From positions 4,901 to 68,900 of the forward strand of contig JANPEF010000082.1 of the NCBI GenBank assembly GCA_031431875.1: 64,000 nucleotides of DNA. Reading direction: 5' to 3'. Below the pieces are notes generated by a model. It was not told where the DNA came from. It did no database searches and was given only the letters and a program-made list of their open reading frames with translations. Source of the stretch: Candidatus Eiseniibacteriota bacterium (GTDB lineage: Bacteria > Eisenbacteria > RBG-16-71-46 > DASYSL01). Position numbers and translations under genes: made by a program. Shown here one piece after another: positions 33,282 to 44,512 of the stretch. The first letter of the stretch is position 1, and every line of letters begins with the position of its first letter.

Positions 33282-34048
33282 TCGAGCTTCCCGTCGCGCT
33301 TGAACCACGTGCCGACGATCGCGCCGTGCGCCACGTCGAGCGTGGCGCGGATGGTCGCATCGTTCACGCCCGAGCCCACCAGCACCGGCGCCTCGGGGAC
33401 CGCGCGCCGCACCGCGGCGACGTCGCCCAGCGCGGCGGCCTTGCCCGTGCCCGCGCCGGTGACGATCAGGGCATCGGCAAGCCCGCGGCGGAACGTGTCC
33501 TCGGCCATCTGCGGCAAGAGCGTCTCGCGGTCGCCCGCCAGCGGCTGCGCATGCTTGACCAGCACGTCGGCGAGGATGGCGATGCGCGTCGCGCCCAGGC
33601 GGCGGCGCTCGGCCAGCGTCTCGGCGGCGCGGCCGGTGAGCACGCCCTGATCGGTGAGCATCGCGCCGGCATGCACGTTGACGCGGATGAAGTCACAGTC
33701 GGCCGCCGCCGCGATCGACAGCGCGGCGAGCGCGTCGTTGCGCAGCACGTTGACGCCCAGCGGCACCTTGACCACGCGGCGCAGCTCGCGCGCGATCGCG
33801 GCCATCGCCGCGACCGTTGCCGGCGGCACGTGATCGCCGTGGAACGGCGCGTCGCCGAAGTTCTCGACGATGATCGCGTCGATGCCGCCAGCCTCCAGCG
33901 CCCTGGCGTCGAACAGCGCGCCTTCGAGCGCGGCGCGCATCGCATCGGCGGCACGTTCGGGGGCGCGGGCGGAGCCGGGCAGGGGCGGCAGGTGGACGAC
34001 GCCGATCAGCGGACGGCGTTTCCAGTCGAGTGCGGACGGTGACGGCAT
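33185..34048 (-). CDS. BtpA/SgcQ family TIM-barrel protein
   Basis: GVVHL.PLPG, ENFGD.PF, GVNVLRND, ADV.VKHA, ADALIVTG..TG, VGSGV; GGAGGAGG RBS. Confidence 0.92.
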   Translation of the reverse strand: MPSPSALDWKRRPLIGVVHLPPLPGSARAPERAADAMRAALEGALFDARALEAGGIDAIIVENFGDAPFHGDHVPPATVAAMAAIARELRRVVKVPLGVNVLRNDALAALSIAAAADCDFIRVNVHAGAMLTDQGVLTGRAAETLAERRRLGATRIAILADVLVKHAQPLAGDRETLLPQMAEDTFRRGLADALIVTGAGTGKAAALGDVAAVRRAVPEAPVLVGSGVNDATIRATLDVAHGAIVGTWFKRDGKLDQPVDVERVRAFMAAARADESGSRSRARAKTA

Positions 34049-34081
34049 GGTTCCTCCTCCAGTCATCAACGGGGCGTCAAG

Positions 34082-34405
34082 TCAACGGGCTCGATAGCGG
34101 GAGTCGACCGACCACTTGAGCACGGTTCGCCAGTGAGTCTCGCGGAGGCGCTCGGGCATCGCCGGGAGGCCCGCGGCGATCAAACGGCTCTCCAGATCAT
34201 GCACGTGGATTCGCGCCGCGACCCGTGGTGACGATGGGAAGTCGTGACGCCGTGTCCGCCCGGCGATCCTCGCCTTCAGCGCACACTCCAGCGCATACCC
34301 CGCAAGGTCGTACGCCCCCGACCACTGCCCGGACCGGAACAGCAACTTGGACTCACGCAGGCGTTGTCGCGAGAGTCTCTGCAGGGCTCGTCGATTGAGC
34401 TGCAT
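34082..34405 (-). pseudogene. HEPN-domain protein, apparently C-terminally truncated
   Basis: RL.E...L...G...GAY.LAGYALECALKA, HDL, W....RY, then a stop 3 codons later without the usual final helix. Confidence 0.6.
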
Positions 34406-34505
34406 CGGGCTCGACCGCTCCACGGGGGCGGATTCTGCGGGGGCGGGATCACTCGGGCGCAGTCTACCATGGCCGCTGCCGCGCCCGCCCCGGCCGGATG
34501 CCGCC

Positions 34506-34534
34506 TTGTCCGGACCCGCCCCCCGTGATAGTCT
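34506..34534 (+). promoter_or_regulatory. Sigma70-type promoter for ffh
   Basis: TTGTCC-N17-TAGTCT with an extended TGn. Confidence 0.55.
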
Positions 34535-34644
34535 GCGCACCGTCCATCCGGTCGCCGTCCGGAGCCCTTCGCGGCCCCGGTCGGCGTTCGTTTCTCCGCT
34601 CCGAATCCGTCTGAATCGTCGTTTCCGCGAAAGGCCGTCCCCGC

Positions 34645-36000
<1,356 letters not shown>

Positions 36001-36066
36001 GCCGCACGCGAACCCCTATCGTTGCGGGCCGTGTCGCGCCCGCGTTTCCCTGGAGGCAACACCGTC

Positions 36067-36483
36067 ATGGCCGTCGTCATTCGTCTGCGCCGCATGGGCG
36101 CCAAGAAGGATCCCAAGTTCCGCATCGTCGTCGCCGAGTCGAAGTCGCCCCGTGACGGGCGCTGCGTCGACGAGATCGGTCACTACAATCCGCAGCCCAA
36201 GGAAGCCGAGCTCAAGGTCGACGTCGAGCGCGCCACGTACTGGCTGTCGGTCGGCGCGACGCCTTCGGACCAGGTGAAGTCGCTGTTCAAGAAGGCGGGC
36301 GTCAAGCTGCCCGTTCGTGCCACCGCCAAGAAGGTGAAGAAGGCGGCTCCCGCCGCGGATGCGAAGAAGGCGAAGAAGGGTCCGCCCAAGCGCGTCGTCG
36401 CCAAGAAGGCGCGCGCCGCCGCCAAGGCCGCCGCGCCGAAGAAGGCCGCGAAGAAGGCGACGAAGAAGGACGCCAAGAAGTAG
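36067..36483 (+). CDS. rpsP: 30S ribosomal protein S16 with a Lys/Ala-rich tail
   Basis: [31 protein letters not shown]; GGAGG RBS. Confidence 0.95.
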   Translation: MAVVIRLRRMGAKKDPKFRIVVAESKSPRDGRCVDEIGHYNPQPKEAELKVDVERATYWLSVGATPSDQVKSLFKKAGVKLPVRATAKKVKKAAPAADAKKAKKGPPKRVVAKKARAAAKAAAPKKAAKKATKKDAKK

Positions 36484-36519
36484 CGTTACACGCGCCGCGC
36501 GGGGCGGCCGCGCTTTCCC

Positions 36520-36547
36520 CGGCGTTCCTCGCGCGCGAGGGACGCCG
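36520..36547 (+). terminator. 12-bp hairpin between rpsP and hemC
   Basis: CGGCGTTCCTCG-cgcg-CGAGGGACGCCG; weak U-tract. Confidence 0.45.
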
Positions 36548-36564
36548 TTCGCCCTGGAGGGTTC

Positions 36565-37506
36565 GTGAGCGCTTCGCGTCATCACCTGAAGCTCGGCGCC
36601 CGCGGCAGCGCGCTGGCTGTCGCGCAGGCCGAAGTCGTCGCGACCGCCCTCAAGGCGGCGCACAAGGGCCTCGACGTCACGATCGAGAAGATCGCGACGC
36701 AGGGCGATAGGGACCTCGACCGCCCGCTGCACCAGCTGGGCGGCAAGGGCGTGTTCACCAAGGAACTCGACGACGCGCTTCTCGAGGGGCGCATCGATCT
36801 CGCCGTCCACTCGCTGAAGGACGTGCCGACGGAGCTGCCCGAGGGCCTCGCGCTCGCGGCCGTCGGTCACCGCGCGCATCCGTTCGACGTGCTGCTCACG
36901 CTCGACGGTCGCATCCTCGACGAACTCGAGGAGGGCGCGAAGATCGGCACGTCGAGCCTGCGCCGTCGCGCCCAGCTCCTCCTCTACAATCCCGACCTCG
37001 AGATCGTCGATGTGCGCGGCAACCTCGAGACGCGATGGAAGAAGCTGCAGGCCGGGCAGGTCGACGCGCTGTGCCTCGCCGCCGCCGGGCTCGAGCGCCT
37101 GGGCTGGCAAGATCGCGTGAGCGAGATCTTCACCCAGGAAATCATGGTGCCCGCGGTCGGACAGGGCTTCCTCGCCATCGTCACGCGCGAGGACGACTCG
37201 AAGACGCGCTCTCTCGTCGAAGCCTACGAGGACCCGAAGGCCCGCATCGCGGCCGATTGCGAGCGCGGCTTCCTCGCGGCCCTGGGCGGTGGCTGCCAGG
37301 TGCCGGCCGGCGCGCTCGCCCAGGTGGTCGACAGCCAGGTCGTCATCGAGGGGATCATCGCCAGCCCCGACGGGATTCACGTCTATCGCGGCGATCACCA
37401 GGGCCGGAAAGCCACGGCCGCCGCGATCGGCAAGCGCCTCGCCATCGACCTCCTCGATCAGGGCGGCGATCGCATCGTCGCCCGGGCGCGCGCGCAGAAG
37501 GCCTGA
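36565..37506 (+). CDS. hemC: Hydroxymethylbilane synthase
   Basis: R.S.LA..Q, T.GD, KG.FTKEL, VHSLKD, GTSSLRR, RGN, PA.GQG, GGCQVP. Confidence 0.97.
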   Translation: MSASRHHLKLGARGSALAVAQAEVVATALKAAHKGLDVTIEKIATQGDRDLDRPLHQLGGKGVFTKELDDALLEGRIDLAVHSLKDVPTELPEGLALAAVGHRAHPFDVLLTLDGRILDELEEGAKIGTSSLRRRAQLLLYNPDLEIVDVRGNLETRWKKLQAGQVDALCLAAAGLERLGWQDRVSEIFTQEIMVPAVGQGFLAIVTREDDSKTRSLVEAYEDPKARIAADCERGFLAALGGGCQVPAGALAQVVDSQVVIEGIIASPDGIHVYRGDHQGRKATAAAIGKRLAIDLLDQGGDRIVARARAQKA

Positions 37507-37508
37507 CG

Positions 37509-38351
37509 ATGTCCGATCCCGGGCCGCTCGCCGGGCGCACCGTCGTCGTGACGCGCACGCTCGCGCAGGCCGGCGAGCTGACCGACGCGCTGCGCCGCCT
37601 CGGTGCCCGTGTGCTCGAGGCACCGGTCGTCGAGCTGGCCGATCCGCCCGACTGGGCACCGTGCGACGCCGCGGTGGCCGCGCTCACGACCTATGACTGG
37701 ATCGCCTTCACCAGCGGTAACGCGGTCGATCGCTTCGTGGCTCGTGCTGCGCGCGCGGGCCGCGACGTCGCCGCCGTGCTCGCCGCGGTGCGCATGGGAC
37801 AGTCGGCCGGTCCCCGCGCCGCCGCGATCGGCGCCGCCACGGCGCGCCGCCTGTCCGCCCGGGGCATTTCCGCCGCGCTGACCGCGGACTCGGCCCGCGC
37901 CGAGGGCCTGTTCACCGCGCTCGAACGCCTGGGCGCCGCGCGACCGGGCCGCCGCGTCCTGGTCCCGCGCGCATTCGAGGCGCGCGAGACGCTGCCCGAC
38001 GCACTGCGCAGCGCGGGGGCCACGGTCGACGTCGTTCCGGTGTATCGTGTCGTCGCGACGGCCTACGACGCCGCGCCCGTGGCCGCCGCGCTGCGCGAGG
38101 GCCGGGTCGCCGCGATCACGTTCCTGAGCGGGAGTGCGGCGCGTGCTTTCGTCGTGGCGCTGGCGGCTGCCTCGTCGGCGGAGGAAGACCCGCCGGCTTT
38201 CGCCGGCGTTCAGGCCGTCGCCATCGGTCCCATCACGGCCGCGGTCGTGCGGGGGCTGGGATTCGAGCGGGTTCACGAGGCGACCGGCGCGGACATCGCC
38301 GCGGTCGCCGCCGCCGTCGTCATCGCCTGCGAGGAGGATTCGCCATCATGA
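37509..38351 (+). CDS. hemD: Uroporphyrinogen-III synthase
   Basis: VVVTR...Q, FTS.NAV, AIG..T, VYR, AIGP.T; lies between hemC and hemB. Confidence 0.9.
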   Translation: MSDPGPLAGRTVVVTRTLAQAGELTDALRRLGARVLEAPVVELADPPDWAPCDAAVAALTTYDWIAFTSGNAVDRFVARAARAGRDVAAVLAAVRMGQSAGPRAAAIGAATARRLSARGISAALTADSARAEGLFTALERLGAARPGRRVLVPRAFEARETLPDALRSAGATVDVVPVYRVVATAYDAAPVAAALREGRVAAITFLSGSAARAFVVALAAASSAEEDPPAFAGVQAVAIGPITAAVVRGLGFERVHEATGADIAAVAAAVVIACEEDSPS

Positions 38352-39334
38352 TGTTTCCCGAGTCGCGCCTGCGCCGCCTGCGTCGCACCCCCGCGTTGCG
38401 GGCGATGGCGCGCGAGACGCGCCTCCATCCGGCGCAGTTCATCGCACCGGCGTTCGTCGTGCCCGGCAGCGGCGTGCGCCAGCCGATCGAGATGATGCCC
38501 GGCGTCGCTCGCGTGTCGGTCGATCGCCTGGTCGAGGACGCGAAGGCGCTGGCCGGCCTCGGGATCGGCGGTGTGCTGCTGTTCGGCTTGCCGGCGGCCA
38601 AGGACGCCGTCGGCTCGGGCGCGTGGGCCGAGGACGGGCCGGTGCCCGCTGCACTGCGTGCGCTGAAGAAGGCCGACACCGGCCTCGTGCTGTTCGCCGA
38701 CGTCTGCCTGTGCGAGTACACCGACCACGGCCACTGCGGCGTGATCGAGGGCGGCCACGTCAACAACGACGCGACGCTGCCGCTGCTCGCCCGCGCCGCG
38801 GTCGCCTACGCCCAGGCGGGCGCCGACGTCGTCGCACCCTCGGACATGATGGACGGGCGCATCGGCGCCGTGCGCGAGGGGCTCGACGAGGCCGCTCTGC
38901 CCGACACCGCAATCCTCGCTTACGCCGCCAAGTACGCTTCGGCGTTCTACGGGCCGTTCCGCGAGGCCGCCGGCTCGACGCCGCAGTTCGGTGACCGCCG
39001 CGCCTACCAGATGGATCCGTCGAACCTGCGCGAGGCGATGCGCGAGATCGAGCAGGACCTGAACGAGGGCGCCGACGCGGTGATGGTCAAGCCCGCGCTG
39101 GCGTACCTCGACGTGATCCGCGCCGCTCGCGAGCGCACCGACGCCCCGGTCGCGGCCTACAACGTCAGCGGCGAGTACTCGATGGTGAAAGCCGCCGCCG
39201 CGCAGGGACTGGTCGACGAGCCGCGGGTCGTGCTCGAGATCCTCACCGGGATCCGCCGCGCGGGTGCCGACTGGATCCTCACCTACCACGCGGCCGACGC
39301 GGCGCGCTGGCTGGCCGAAGGGAAGCTCGCGTGA
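38348..39334 (+). CDS. hemB: Porphobilinogen synthase (Zn-type)
   Basis: [46 protein letters not shown]. Confidence 0.97.
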   Translation: MMFPESRLRRLRRTPALRAMARETRLHPAQFIAPAFVVPGSGVRQPIEMMPGVARVSVDRLVEDAKALAGLGIGGVLLFGLPAAKDAVGSGAWAEDGPVPAALRALKKADTGLVLFADVCLCEYTDHGHCGVIEGGHVNNDATLPLLARAAVAYAQAGADVVAPSDMMDGRIGAVREGLDEAALPDTAILAYAAKYASAFYGPFREAAGSTPQFGDRRAYQMDPSNLREAMREIEQDLNEGADAVMVKPALAYLDVIRAARERTDAPVAAYNVSGEYSMVKAAAAQGLVDEPRVVLEILTGIRRAGADWILTYHAADAARWLAEGKLA

Positions 39335-40632
39335 GCCACACCCGCGGGCCGGTGGGCGAAGCGCTGTGGCGCGAGGCGCAGGAACTGCTGCCCGGCGGCG
39401 TCAACTCGCCCGTGCGCGCGTTCCGCGCCGTGGGCGGGAACCCGATCTTCTTCGACCGTGGCGAGGGGCCGTACCTGTTCGACGTCGACGGCAGGCGTTA
39501 CATTGACCTCGTGGGTTCGTGGGGTCCACTCATTCTGGGCCACGCCCACCCGCGCATCGTCGCGGCCGCCACGCGCGCGATCGAGCGCGGCTCGTCATTC
39601 GGTGCGCCGAGCCCGGGCGAGGTCGAGCTGGCCCGGCGCGTCCTCGCGATGGTGCCGTCCCTCGAACAAGTGCGCTTCGTCAACTCGGGCACCGAGGCGG
39701 TCATGTCGGCCATCCGTCTCGCCCGTGCGGCGACCGGGCGCGACGTGATCGTGAAGTTCGAGGGCTGCTACCACGGCCACGCCGACAGCCTGCTCGTCGC
39801 CGCCGGCTCGGGCGCGCTGACGCTGGGGATCCCCGACAGCCCGGGCGTGCCGAAGGCGCTCGCCGCGCTCACCGCGGTGCTGCCATACAACGACCTCGCC
39901 GCCGCGCAGGAGTTCTTCGCCGCACGCGGGGGCGAGGTCGCCTGCCTGCTGGTCGAGCCGATCGCCGCCAACATGGGGGTCGTGCCGCCGCGACTCGGGT
40001 TCCTCGAGGGCCTGCGCGCACTGTGCGATCGCCACGGCGTGCTCCTGATCTTCGACGAGGTGATGACCGGCTTCCGCGTCGCCGCCGGTGGGGCGCAGGA
40101 ACTGTACGGCGTGCGGCCCGACCTCACCACGCTGTCGAAGATCCTGGGCGGCGGCTTCCCCAGCGGCGCCTACGGCGGATCGCGCGCGCTCATGCAGCTG
40201 ATCGCGCCCGCCGGACCCGTCTACCAGGCCGGCACGCTGTCGGGCAACCCGGTCGCGATGGCCGCGGGGGCCGCACAGCTGGCGGTGCTCGCCGAGACGA
40301 AGCCGTGGCCCGCGCTCGAGGCCAAGGGCGCGCGGCTCGCTGCGGGCCTGGCCGTCGCCTGCGCCGAGGTCGGCGTCGAGGCGACCGTCACGCGCGTGGG
40401 CTCGATGGGCACGCTGTTCTTCCTCGCCGGTGAGGCCGGCGATTTCGCGGCCGTGAAGCGCGCCGACACCGCGCGCTTCGGCCGTTTCCATGCCGCCATG
40501 CTCGAGCGCGGGGTGTACCTGCCGCCGTCGCAGTTCGAAGCCTGGTTCCTGTCGACCGCGCACGACGACGCGGTCATCGACGAAGTGATCGCCGCCGCAC
40601 GGGGAGCGCTCGCCGCCCTCGTCGCCGCCTGA
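39331..40632 (+). CDS. hemL: Glutamate-1-semialdehyde 2,1-aminomutase
   Basis: [48 protein letters not shown]. Confidence 0.97.
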   Translation: MSHTRGPVGEALWREAQELLPGGVNSPVRAFRAVGGNPIFFDRGEGPYLFDVDGRRYIDLVGSWGPLILGHAHPRIVAAATRAIERGSSFGAPSPGEVELARRVLAMVPSLEQVRFVNSGTEAVMSAIRLARAATGRDVIVKFEGCYHGHADSLLVAAGSGALTLGIPDSPGVPKALAALTAVLPYNDLAAAQEFFAARGGEVACLLVEPIAANMGVVPPRLGFLEGLRALCDRHGVLLIFDEVMTGFRVAAGGAQELYGVRPDLTTLSKILGGGFPSGAYGGSRALMQLIAPAGPVYQAGTLSGNPVAMAAGAAQLAVLAETKPWPALEAKGARLAAGLAVACAEVGVEATVTRVGSMGTLFFLAGEAGDFAAVKRADTARFGRFHAAMLERGVYLPPSQFEAWFLSTAHDDAVIDEVIAAARGALAALVAA

Positions 40633-40649
40633 CCCGGAGATTCGATTCG

Positions 40650-41936
40650 ATGCATGATCCTCGCTTCCTCCGCGAACAGAAGGACGTCGTCCGCGTCGGC
40701 GTCCTCAAGAAGGCCGGCGCCGTCCCGGCGCAGCTCGAACGGTTCTACGCGCTCGAGGAAGAGCGCCTGACGCTGCTCCAGGAGGCCGACGCGCTCAAGC
40801 AGAAGCGCAACCAGGCGAGCGAAGAAGTGGCGCGCATCAAGAAGGCCGGCGGCGACGCCGCCGGGATCATCGCCGCGCAGAAGTCGGTGGGCGACCGCAT
40901 CAAGCAGCTCGATGAACGCCTGCGTGTCGTCGAGGAGGAGGGCGAAGAGGCGGCCGCGTGGATCCCGAACCTGCCGCACGACTCGGTGCCCGAGGGCCGC
41001 GAATCGAGTGCCAACGTCGAGGTCGCGCGCAACGGCACGCTCCGCACCTACGACTTCACGCCGAAGCCGCACTGGGAGCTCGCCGCCGCGCTGGGCATCA
41101 TCGACTTCGAGCGCGGACCCAAGCTCGCTGGCGGCGGCTTCCCGCTGTTCGTCGGCGACGGCGCGCGCCTGGTGCGCGCGCTGATCGACCTCATGCTCGA
41201 CCTGCACATCGAGCAGCACGGCTACACCGAGGTGCACACGCCGATCGTCATCAACTCGCGCTCGCTCCGCGGCACCGGCCAGCTGCCCAAGATGGCCGAC
41301 GACATGTACAAGATCGAGGGCGAGGACCTGTGGCTCAATCCCACGGCCGAGGTTCCGGTGACGAACATCTACGGCGACGAGATCCTCGAGCCCGGCGTCA
41401 TTCCTGCCAAGCTGACCGCGTACTGCCCGTCGTTCCGCAAGGAGGCGGGCGCGTACGGCAAGGACACGCGCGGCATCCAGCGCCTGCACCAGTTCGACAA
41501 GGTCGAGATCGTGCGCTTCGTCCCCGCCGAGACCAGCTACGCCGCGCACGAGGAGCTGCGCAAGGACGTCGAGGACGTGCTGAACCTGCTCGAGCTGCCG
41601 TTCCGCGTGCTCCTGCTGTGCGCCGGCGACATGTCGTTCGCCGCCGCCAAGTGCTACGACTTCGAGACGTGGGCACCCGGCCAGGAGGCGTGGCTCGAGG
41701 TCAGCTCGTGCTCGAACTTCGAGGCGTTCCAGGCCCGCTGCGCCGGCATCCGTTTCCGCCGCGAGGCCGGGGCGAAGGCCGAGTTCGTGCACACGCTCAA
41801 CGCCTCGGGCCTCGCCCTGCCCCGGATCGTCATCACGATCCTCGAGCAGAACCAGGAGGCCGACGGCCGCGTGCGCCTGCCCAAGGCGCTGGTGCCCTAC
41901 ATGCGCGGCCAGGAGTGGCTGGCGCCGCGTTCCTAG
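40650..41936 (+). CDS. serS: Serine--tRNA ligase
   Basis: N-terminal coiled coil, GTGQLPK, PTAEVP, FRKEAG..G.DTRG..R.HQF.KVE, EVSSCSN, HTLN.SGLA. Confidence 0.97.
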   Translation: MHDPRFLREQKDVVRVGVLKKAGAVPAQLERFYALEEERLTLLQEADALKQKRNQASEEVARIKKAGGDAAGIIAAQKSVGDRIKQLDERLRVVEEEGEEAAAWIPNLPHDSVPEGRESSANVEVARNGTLRTYDFTPKPHWELAAALGIIDFERGPKLAGGGFPLFVGDGARLVRALIDLMLDLHIEQHGYTEVHTPIVINSRSLRGTGQLPKMADDMYKIEGEDLWLNPTAEVPVTNIYGDEILEPGVIPAKLTAYCPSFRKEAGAYGKDTRGIQRLHQFDKVEIVRFVPAETSYAAHEELRKDVEDVLNLLELPFRVLLLCAGDMSFAAAKCYDFETWAPGQEAWLEVSSCSNFEAFQARCAGIRFRREAGAKAEFVHTLNASGLALPRIVITILEQNQEADGRVRLPKALVPYMRGQEWLAPRS

Positions 41937-41945
41937 AATCTGCTC

Positions 41946-44477
41946 GTGCTATCGTCCGGGCTCGTGCCCTCCATCCGGAGAAGTAACCCGAACCCATCGC
42001 GAACCGCTGCGCGGCCGTGCGCGGCGGCGACCCCTGCGATCGCCTTCGCCCTGCTTATCCTCGGGGTGGCGACCGGATCCGCTGCGCGTGCCGCACCGTC
42101 GCCGAACCCGCCCGCGGCCGGGGCCGATTCCGCGGCGAGCGCCCCCATGCCCGCACCGCCCCGCATCTCCCGCGTCTTCGACGAGTTCATCGTGCGCGCG
42201 AAGCTCGACGACATCGAGTCGAGCCGCACCCTGCGCACGCTGACCGCCAGCACGCTCGCCCGGCTGCCGGTCGACGGCCTGCGCGACGCGATTGCCTTGC
42301 AGGCCGGCGTCATCGCCCAGGGCGGCGAGCTGCACGTGCGTGGCGGCCGGGTCGGTGACGTCTCCATGGTGGTCAGCGGCGTGCCGTTGGCGGATCCGCT
42401 GCGCGATCATCCGTTCGACCTGCCCCTGCTCGCCGTCGAGCGTGCCGAGCTGATCTCGGGTGGACTCGCCGGGCGCGATGGCGGGACGATCGCCGGCGTC
42501 CTCGATGTGCGCACCGTTGCGCCGCCCGATCGGCTCGAGACCACGTTCTCCTGGCAGAGCACGGCCGGCGCGGCCCCGCGCTACGACCGCTACTCGGCCC
42601 GCGTGGGCACGCCGATCGGCGCGCGTTATGGCATCGTGGCCAGCGGCGAGGTGACCCTCGACGACACGCACCTGCCGGCCCTGCGCACGCCCGACGAGCG
42701 AGAGGTGATCGGCGTGCCCATCGGCTGGCGCGGCGACAATCGCCTGCTCGCCCACGTCAAGCTCGCGCCGGTGCGCAGCAAGGGCGGGCCGATGCTCGAG
42801 ATCGTGTTCGACCGACGAGTCGAGAAGCCCTACGACCCCGCGTGGTCGCTGGTCGGCTGGGCGACGCCCTGTGTCGAGCCCGAGAGCTGCCTCACCGGGC
42901 CGGGGTTCAGTCCGACGGAGTTGCCCGGGTATACCCCCTGGAATGCCGCGGATCACCTGCCGACCAACGACACGCGCCGCATCGCGACGATCCTGTCGTG
43001 GACGCGCACGGGCACCGGCCGCCGCCTCGGGGGCGCGCTGGCATGGATGCGGCAGGAGGAACGGCGTGCTCCGGGCGGGTCCCACGACGACTCGTACGTC
43101 ACGCCGGAGAACCGCCCGCTCTATGGTCCGTACGACAGCCCGACGAGCGATCCGTTCCACGTCTACCGCGGGGAGTGGTCCCTCTATCACGAGAGTCGCG
43201 CCGAGCGGCTCTTCGCCCGCGTCGACGGAGTCATCGAGTCGGGCCCGCGCGTCACCTGGCGCGGCGGCGTGGGCGCGACCTACGACGCGGTGCGTCTGCA
43301 CGAACTCGACGGCTTCCAATTCGACCGGAAACTCGACTCGTTGCGTGCCTACGAGGCCTGGGCGCCCGGTGGCTTCGCCTACGCCGGAGGGCAGTTCGTC
43401 CACGAGGGAATGGTCGCCCACCTCGACCTCCGGGCCGAGTGGTTCACCGCCGGACCGCAGGCCCGCCTGCAATCGATTCCGGGGGACGGACGATCCATCG
43501 TCTCGCTGCAGCCGCGCCTCGGCATCGCCTTCCCGCTGGGGGATCGGGACGCGGTGAGCCTGAGCTACGTGCGCATCGAGCAGAACCCCGCGCGCGACTT
43601 CCTGTACGACAATCGGCTCCGCATCGACGGCCGCCAGCCGCTGGGCAATACGGGACTCACGACCGCCGGAATGATCTCGTACCAGGCAGCGCTCAAGCAC
43701 CTCTTCGGCGAACGACTCTATCTCCAGGCCGCCGTCTTCTACCGCGATATCTTCTCGCAGATCGGCGCGCGCAACTCCATCGCGCCGGACCGCCTGCCCG
43801 TGCGCCGCTACGAGAGCGCGGACAACGGCTACGTCGGCGGCTTCGAGCTGTCGCTGCTGCGGGATGTCGGGGAGCGCAGTCACCTCGAGGCGCACTACAC
43901 GTACATGAATGCCCGAGGTACGCAGTCGCTCGAGGAAGGGGACCCCTACGGGCTGAGCATCGGCCAGCGTCCGCAGTCGATCGAGGCCACGCCGCTCAAC
44001 TGGGATCGCCGGCACACGATCGCAGTCGCCGTATCGCGCCGCGCGGGGAAGGCCTGGTCGTTGTCGTGGGCGACGCGCGTCGGCTCGGGCCTGCCGTGGA
44101 CGCCGCGCGAGCGTCGTACGCTCCTGTCGTCGTACGAAGAGGTGAACAGCCGGCGCTTCCCCTGGGTGGAGTGGACGGACATCGGCGTGCGCTGGACCCC
44201 GCACCTGTATGGACGGTGGCTCGAGTTCGGTCTCGACGTGCGCAACCTGTTCGACGAGCGGATCGACGCCAAGGCCGCCGTCGACGGGTATCCGAACTCG
44301 CGGATCAACACGGTCTTCGACGACTACGGCGCCTACCGCACCGAGACCGGGCTGGGGGGCGGGGCCTACTGGAACGATTCCGACGGTGACGGGCTCCCGG
44401 GCTGGGTCCCCGTCGGCGACGACCGGCTGCTGCTCCCCGGCCGCTCCGTGCGGTTGCAGGCGGGCGTTCGCTGGTAG
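41946..44477 (+). CDS. TonB-dependent receptor-like outer-membrane protein
   Basis: Plug motif LQAGV....ELHVRGGR, SGG, PRLGIAFPL, SG.PWTP, RNLFD, R....G..W C-terminus. Start uncertain. Confidence 0.82.
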   Translation: MLSSGLVPSIRRSNPNPSRTAARPCAAATPAIAFALLILGVATGSAARAAPSPNPPAAGADSAASAPMPAPPRISRVFDEFIVRAKLDDIESSRTLRTLTASTLARLPVDGLRDAIALQAGVIAQGGELHVRGGRVGDVSMVVSGVPLADPLRDHPFDLPLLAVERAELISGGLAGRDGGTIAGVLDVRTVAPPDRLETTFSWQSTAGAAPRYDRYSARVGTPIGARYGIVASGEVTLDDTHLPALRTPDEREVIGVPIGWRGDNRLLAHVKLAPVRSKGGPMLEIVFDRRVEKPYDPAWSLVGWATPCVEPESCLTGPGFSPTELPGYTPWNAADHLPTNDTRRIATILSWTRTGTGRRLGGALAWMRQEERRAPGGSHDDSYVTPENRPLYGPYDSPTSDPFHVYRGEWSLYHESRAERLFARVDGVIESGPRVTWRGGVGATYDAVRLHELDGFQFDRKLDSLRAYEAWAPGGFAYAGGQFVHEGMVAHLDLRAEWFTAGPQARLQSIPGDGRSIVSLQPRLGIAFPLGDRDAVSLSYVRIEQNPARDFLYDNRLRIDGRQPLGNTGLTTAGMISYQAALKHLFGERLYLQAAVFYRDIFSQIGARNSIAPDRLPVRRYESADNGYVGGFELSLLRDVGERSHLEAHYTYMNARGTQSLEEGDPYGLSIGQRPQSIEATPLNWDRRHTIAVAVSRRAGKAWSLSWATRVGSGLPWTPRERRTLLSSYEEVNSRRFPWVEWTDIGVRWTPHLYGRWLEFGLDVRNLFDERIDAKAAVDGYPNSRINTVFDDYGAYRTETGLGGGAYWNDSDGDGLPGWVPVGDDRLLLPGRSVRLQAGVRW

Positions 44478-44512
44478 CCGAGCCGCCGGGGCGAAGTGCT
44501 ATCTTCGAAGCC

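Noticed and set aside
34082-34084. Readthrough fusing HEPN to the in-frame btpA
   Set aside because: btpA has its own strong GGAGGAGG RBS and ATG; being in frame is a one-in-three coincidence.
34406-34644. SRP RNA (ffs) upstream of ffh
   Set aside because: No conserved domain IV motif (CAGG...GGAA...AGCAG) was found; divergent promoters explain the region.
40650-41936. serS as part of a dedicated selenocysteine locus
   Set aside because: It is an ordinary housekeeping SerRS 14 kb from the selenoprotein, and no selA, selB, selC or selD is in the window.
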